Positions 33,862 through 37,620 of a stretch of 37,620 nt of DNA are shown one piece after another. Both the position numbers and the translations under genes were made by a program. Location: NCBI GenBank assembly GCA_964391905.1, contig CAYMNX010000524.1, forward strand, positions 1 through 37,620, read 5' to 3'. The notes under the pieces were generated by a model. The model was not told the DNA's origin. It worked only from the letters and a program-made list of their open reading frames with translations, and searched no databases. The DNA is from an uncultured Rhizobiaceae bacterium. GTDB lineage: Bacteria > Pseudomonadota > Alphaproteobacteria > ATCC43930 > CGMCC-115725. Every line of letters starts with the position of its first letter. Positions within the stretch are counted from its first letter, which is position 1.

Positions 33862-34662
33862 ATGGTTTCTCTCGCGGCCGACAAGCAAGCGACGCGCCGG
33901 ATCAAGACGCGGAGCCGTGATCGCGCCGGCGAAGCGGTGGTGCGCCGGCTCGATGCCGAGGTGGATGCTTTTGTCAACCGCGCCCGCTTCTTTCGCGAGC
34001 CCTTGACCCGCGGCCGCGCGCAGATGTTCGTGCTGCAGCACCGCCAGAACACGCGGCAGCGCAACTCGGTCTTGAAGCTGCGGGTCGCGACCAACTGTCC
34101 CGATTGGGAGACGCGGCTGCGGATCATCGGCGCTTGCAGCGAGGAGGTGATTGCGGATCACGCGCATGGCGGCGGCCGTCCGCATTGGGCCATTCTCGAA
34201 GAGCTGGGGCTGCGGATCGGCTTGGCGCGCGCGCAAATGCGCCAGGCGCCGCTTCTCGCCTCGACCCAGCTATGCTGGCTCGCCTGGGAAGCGTTGATGT
34301 CAAACCGGCATTGGCTCGAAGGGCTGATCGCCAATACCTGCGCCGAGCGCACCAATATTCCGGGCTATGGCACGGGGCTGATGAAGAAGCGCGGCTGGTT
34401 CGGCCTCGAGCGCGAGCGCTGGGGCAAGCTCTTCAAGCTCGGCGATGACGAGCTCGAATTCTTCGAGCTCCACGAGGAGGCCGATATCGAGCATTCCAAT
34501 CTCGGCTGGCAGACCGTCGCACGCTTCGCGGCGCAGCTTGGCGTCGCCGATCAGGTGGTCGAGGCGTGCCGCATCAACCTCATGGTCTGGGAAAACTATC
34601 TCGACGGCATCGCGGCCGGCGGCGATGCGCTCGATCGCCGTCGTGAGCCGATTTATGTATGA
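33862..34662 (+). CDS. Heme-oxygenase-like fold, iron-containing redox enzyme family protein (PqqC/TenA/HDO-like)
   Basis: 266-aa ORF with AGGAGG 5 nt upstream of ATG 33862. It is all-helical, with candidate carboxylate/His metal-ligand pairs in CSEEVIADHAHGG, NTCAERTN and FELHEEADIEHSNLG. The assignment is from motif recollection, at superfamily level only. Confidence 0.7.
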   Translation: MVSLAADKQATRRIKTRSRDRAGEAVVRRLDAEVDAFVNRARFFREPLTRGRAQMFVLQHRQNTRQRNSVLKLRVATNCPDWETRLRIIGACSEEVIADHAHGGGRPHWAILEELGLRIGLARAQMRQAPLLASTQLCWLAWEALMSNRHWLEGLIANTCAERTNIPGYGTGLMKKRGWFGLERERWGKLFKLGDDELEFFELHEEADIEHSNLGWQTVARFAAQLGVADQVVEACRINLMVWENYLDGIAAGGDALDRRREPIYV

Positions 34663-34666
34663 GCCG

Positions 34667-34691
34667 AGCCCGGTGGAATAGGAGCCGGGCT
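34667..34691. terminator. GC-rich hairpin between convergent genes (possible bidirectional terminator)
   Basis: AGCCCGG (34667-34673) pairs with CCGGGCT (34685-34691) around an 11-nt loop. It starts 5 nt after stop 34662 and overlaps the Rieske gene stop (34690-34692). There is no U-tract on either strand. Confidence 0.3.
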
Positions 34692-35958
34692 ACCACTTGC
34701 AAATGAGATCTTCGGCGAAGGTCTCGCGCCAGTTCCCGCCCGGCGGCACGAGACCGTCATAGGGCCGGACGTTGCGATGGGTTTGAGGATCGGCGCCGGG
34801 CGGGGTTTCACCGCGCTCCACAGCCGCGGTCGCATCGAGGAGCATGCGTCGCAAGGTGACGATCGCGCGGTCCGTCGAGCCGAGATACTCCTTCGAGCGG
34901 TCGGTGATCGGCCCCATGCCTTCCTGGATTGCGAAATCCTGAGTGTTGACGCCGTCGATCCCGGTATAGGTGCGGGTTCGCTGAAGCTCGCGGTCGATCA
35001 GGTAATCGTTTGACGGGTTCCGCTTCAGCTTGAATGTGCCGGGAATGAGATCCTGCCGACCGCGACCGGCGTGGTGCTCATGCGCTTCGAATTGTTCCTC
35101 CGAAATCGGAACAGCCGGGTCGGCGCTATATTGCCAATTATAGACATTGGTCTGCTCGTCATCGATCGGGACCCAGATATGACCATCGAGCTGCGGCACC
35201 GCGTTGCGGCCGGCGAAGCCCTGAATGCCGCCGCGCATCTGCTGGAACGGCATGACGTAGTGATAGAGCCTGACATAGCTTCCGTCCGCGCCGGCCTGAC
35301 GCGTCGACACGTAGTAATAACCGTAATCGGTGCGCTCGACATCGAGGCGCGGCGCGCGATCGCGCAGGCGCAGCTGCAACGTGTCGCCGAGCTTGTGATT
35401 GTGAAGATAGGAGGAATGGGCCGTGTCGAGGCCGCCCTCGACCGCTTGCAGATAATTGCAAGCCTCATAGGTCTTCGATGCATAGCGATGCGTCGCGGGC
35501 GCGCGCGTCCATTCATAATCGGGCGGCGCCGGCATGGTTTCCTTTGGCCCGAGATAAGCCCAGACGATGCCCGCTTTCTCGATCGTCGGATAGGCGGTGA
35601 TCTTGATTCTCGACTTCATCGGGCTGGCTTCGGGTTCGGACGGCAAGTCGACGCAGTTTCCGTCGACGTCGAATTTCCAGCCATGATAGACGCAGCGAAT
35701 TCCACATTCCTCATTGCGGCCAAAGAACAAAGGCGCGCGGCGGTGCGGGCAATAGGCATCGACCAAGCCAACACGCCCCGCCGTGTCGCGGAAGGCGATG
35801 AGATCTTCGCCGAGAAGTCGAACGCGGATCGGTGCGCAATCGCGTTCCGGCAGCTCTGTCGCCAAGCACGCCGGCTGCCAATAGCGGCGGAAAAGCTCGC
35901 CCGCGGGCGTGCCGCGGCTCACCCGAACCAGACGCTCGTTGTCAGCCCGCGACAGCAT
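34690..35958 (-). CDS. Rieske [2Fe-2S] non-heme-iron oxygenase alpha subunit, phthalate-family (class IA-like)
   Basis: Track ORF 34690..36063 trimmed to ATG 35958, which is preceded by GGGAGG. The Rieske motif is CPHRRAPLFFG...CVYHGWKF. The N-terminus MLSRADNERLVRVSRGTPAGELFRRYWQP and the NDYLIDRELQR segment resemble phthalate/vanillate-type oxygenases. Confidence 0.88.
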   Translation of the reverse strand: MLSRADNERLVRVSRGTPAGELFRRYWQPACLATELPERDCAPIRVRLLGEDLIAFRDTAGRVGLVDAYCPHRRAPLFFGRNEECGIRCVYHGWKFDVDGNCVDLPSEPEASPMKSRIKITAYPTIEKAGIVWAYLGPKETMPAPPDYEWTRAPATHRYASKTYEACNYLQAVEGGLDTAHSSYLHNHKLGDTLQLRLRDRAPRLDVERTDYGYYYVSTRQAGADGSYVRLYHYVMPFQQMRGGIQGFAGRNAVPQLDGHIWVPIDDEQTNVYNWQYSADPAVPISEEQFEAHEHHAGRGRQDLIPGTFKLKRNPSNDYLIDRELQRTRTYTGIDGVNTQDFAIQEGMGPITDRSKEYLGSTDRAIVTLRRMLLDATAAVERGETPPGADPQTHRNVRPYDGLVPPGGNWRETFAEDLICKW

Positions 35959-36104
35959 CGGCGCCTCCCGTGATAGGTTTTTGAGACGCATGATCCTAAA
36001 CCTTGCGCGCGAGAGCACGCAAGCCGTGCGGGAGCGGTTGACAGCGCGAAGGGCGAGGCGCAACGTCCTACAAAGCCATAAAAAAGCTACACCCGAGGAT
36101 CGCC

Positions 36105-37070
36105 ATGACGCGAAATGTCAGACTCGCCGTCCTGGTATGCGTCGCCGTTCTGGCGCTCGCAGCAACGCCGGCGTTTGCCGAAACGCTGCGCGTCGGCACT
36201 GCCGTCCCGAACAGCTTCACCTTCCTGCCGCTGCGGCTCGGCATCACCAACGGGTTCTATGCGAAGGAAGGGCTCGACATCGCGGTGACGGATTTCCAGG
36301 GCGGTGCCAAGGTCCATCAAGGCATGATGGCCGATGTGATCGATATGGCGGTCGCGGGCGCCACGGACTTTCAATTCCTTGCCAAAGGGTCGCCTGAGCT
36401 CGCGGTGGCGGCGAAGAGCAGCCGGCCGCCGATCGGCGTCATCGTGCGTTGGGACTATCCGGGCAAGACCGCCGATGACCTCAAAGGCGCGAAGCTCGGC
36501 ATCACCACCGTCGGTTCGCTGACCGAATGGCTGATGCATCGGCTGATGCGGCAGAAAGGCTGGAGCCAAAGCGACGTGACGCTGGTGCCGATCGGCGGAA
36601 GCTTCGAAAGCCAGCTCGCCTTGATGACGACGGGCGAGATCGACGGATGCCTCGGCTCGCCCGGCATCGGGCTCGAGCTCGCTCTCACGAAGCGCGGCCG
36701 ACTCTTGCTGCCGTCTTTCGATGTCGGGAGCGATTTCCTCGCCGAGGTGATCTTCGCGTCGAAGAAGATTCTGGGGAAGGATCCCGATGGCGTGCGGCGC
36801 TTTCTCAAGGCATGGTTCGAAAACATCGCCTGGATGCGCGCGCATAAGGATGAAGCCGTCGAGATGATAAGGGCCTACACGAAATTCTCGCGCGGCGTCG
36901 AAAGCCAGGAATACGATCAACAAATGCCCTACCTCTCGAGCGACGGGAAATTCCACGCGGCGGCCCTTACGGGCTTGCAGCAGGCCTTCGTCGAAATGGG
37001 TACGTTCGAGAAGCCGCCGGAGATGGCGCAGTTCTACACCGAGACATATTTGCCGCGAACGCAGCCATAG
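36105..37070 (+). CDS. ABC transporter substrate-binding protein, NMT1/THI5-like (NitT/TauT type), orphan; paralog of 23451..24428
   Basis: 321-aa ORF with signal peptide MTRNVRLAVLVCVAVLALAATPAFA. It is colinear with the 23451 protein: FLP..G, DF.GG.K, AKG, DLKG...GI...GSLT.WL, GW, DPD..RFL.AW.E.I...HK.E.V, EYD, KF.A..L..L..AFV and YTE..LP. Confidence 0.85.
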   Translation: MTRNVRLAVLVCVAVLALAATPAFAETLRVGTAVPNSFTFLPLRLGITNGFYAKEGLDIAVTDFQGGAKVHQGMMADVIDMAVAGATDFQFLAKGSPELAVAAKSSRPPIGVIVRWDYPGKTADDLKGAKLGITTVGSLTEWLMHRLMRQKGWSQSDVTLVPIGGSFESQLALMTTGEIDGCLGSPGIGLELALTKRGRLLLPSFDVGSDFLAEVIFASKKILGKDPDGVRRFLKAWFENIAWMRAHKDEAVEMIRAYTKFSRGVESQEYDQQMPYLSSDGKFHAAALTGLQQAFVEMGTFEKPPEMAQFYTETYLPRTQP

Positions 37071-37081
37071 CAGAGGCGCCA

Positions 37082-37162
37082 TCATAAGCCGGATCCCGGC
37101 GACATCTTCTTTTCGATAAAGCTCGCGAAGGCCCGCGCCTTGACGCTGAAGCGTCTTCGCAT
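37082..37162 (-). pseudogene. Possible LysR-family C-terminal remnant
   Basis: Hand translation of the minus strand gives ...FSVKARAFASFIEKKMSPGSGL followed by a stop (complement of 37082-37084). This resembles the usual LysR C-terminal tail (LS-x-K-x-RAF-x-x-F). The frame is closed ~26 codons upstream. Removing one nucleotide would join it to HAMTNAKTL in the neighbouring frame. At most ~40 codons fit before the DUF417 stop at 37202. The match is very short, so confidence is low. Confidence 0.25.
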
Positions 37163-37201
37163 TCGTCATCGCATGGTCGAACCGGCACGCAAGAATCTCC
37201 G

Positions 37202-37620
37202 TCAGAAGGCGTCGCGATCGTCCAGCACGCGCACGACGTCTTCCTTGAGCAGGTAGATCGAGACGGCGAGCAGGACGACGTCCTTCATCAGAAAGGGTAC
37301 ATTGCCGGCCATCGCCGGGAAGCCGCCGGCGGATTCGTCCCAACCATTCGGCATAAATGGAATGATGGTAACCGTACCGAGGAAAGTGGCGACCGATCCC
37401 AGAGCGCCGAGAATGCCGAAGCGCTTGTCCCAGAAGCCGAGGAACAGGAGCGCTGCGAATAGCCATTCGGCGACACCCAGAAACCAGCTCGCGCCGCGGA
37501 TACCGAAAGTGGGGTAGAGCCAGAAGATCAGCGGGCCGTTGCTGATATAGGGGATCAGCACCTGTGCCTCGTAGGCGAACCACTTCTGATACCCGAACAG
37601 CAGAAAGATGATCACCATCG
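37202..37620 (-). CDS. DUF417 (YkgB/RclC-like) inner membrane protein, partial (N-terminus probably beyond the right edge)
   Basis: The ORF is open to the window edge. GYQKWFAYEAQVLIPYISNGPLIFWLY...GVAEWLFAALLFLGFW...GALGSVATFLGTVTIIPF...GFPAMAGNVPFLMKDVVLLAVSIYLL matches my recollection of DUF417. Family members are longer than 138 aa. Confidence 0.75.
   Translation of the reverse strand, partial: MVIIFLLFGYQKWFAYEAQVLIPYISNGPLIFWLYPTFGIRGASWFLGVAEWLFAALLFLGFWDKRFGILGALGSVATFLGTVTIIPFMPNGWDESAGGFPAMAGNVPFLMKDVVLLAVSIYLLKEDVVRVLDDRDAF

Noticed and set aside
36087-37583. 498-aa minus-strand ORF covering the 36105 binding-protein gene and part of DUF417. Plus-strand ORF 35071..35973, antisense to the Rieske gene, was noticed with it.
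   Set aside because: These are shadow frames of well-supported genes. Only the short stretch at 37082-37201 was kept, as a possible LysR relic.
1-37620. I looked for CRISPR arrays, IS elements and their inverted repeats, integrases, phage genes, toxin-antitoxin pairs and known defence-system genes.
   Set aside because: I noticed no regularly spaced direct repeats, no transposase- or integrase-like ORFs and no defence-type domains. The three gene relics are the only signs of rearrangement.

Overview
GC-rich bacterial chromosomal window. Gene content suggests an alphaproteobacterium of the Rhizobiales/Hyphomicrobiales type, but that is inference only. I recognised no rRNA, tRNA, CRISPR array, transposase or integrase. 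Four blocks are visible. (1) 1-7.7 kb is an envelope block: a DUF763 gene running off the left edge, a lipoprotein, a secreted T/G/N-rich tandem-module protein, a sterol-desaturase-family enzyme, an ECF sigma / anti-sigma / periplasmic Spy-CpxP-like triad, a secreted EF-hand protein, a tiny Gly-zipper/Pro-repeat protein, a decayed class II aldolase remnant and an MFS transporter. (2) 7.8-19.6 kb (minus strand) is a 12-gene, almost fully start/stop-overlapping operon. It encodes Alternative Complex III (actABCDEF), one unassigned small membrane protein, an SCO copper chaperone and an A2-type caa3 cytochrome oxidase. (3) 19.8-24.4 kb holds a GT2 glycosyltransferase, an AI-2E-family transporter, an orphan exported protein, a small P-loop ATPase and an orphan NMT1-type binding protein. 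(4) 24.5-37.1 kb is the best candidate for an undescribed system. Two tandem IclR regulators and a cytoplasmic Asp-box beta-propeller lie divergent from a LivJHMGF-type importer. That importer operon also carries a single-domain MetE-like Zn alkyltransferase and a heme-oxygenase-like di-iron protein, and it converges on a phthalate-family Rieske oxygenase with no reductase partner in the window. The island is bracketed by two paralogous orphan NMT1-type binding proteins and by decayed GntR and LysR gene fragments. Many long ORFs in the supplied track are shadow frames typical of GC-rich DNA and were rejected. Several track ORFs were trimmed at their 5' ends to starts that overlap the upstream stop codon.
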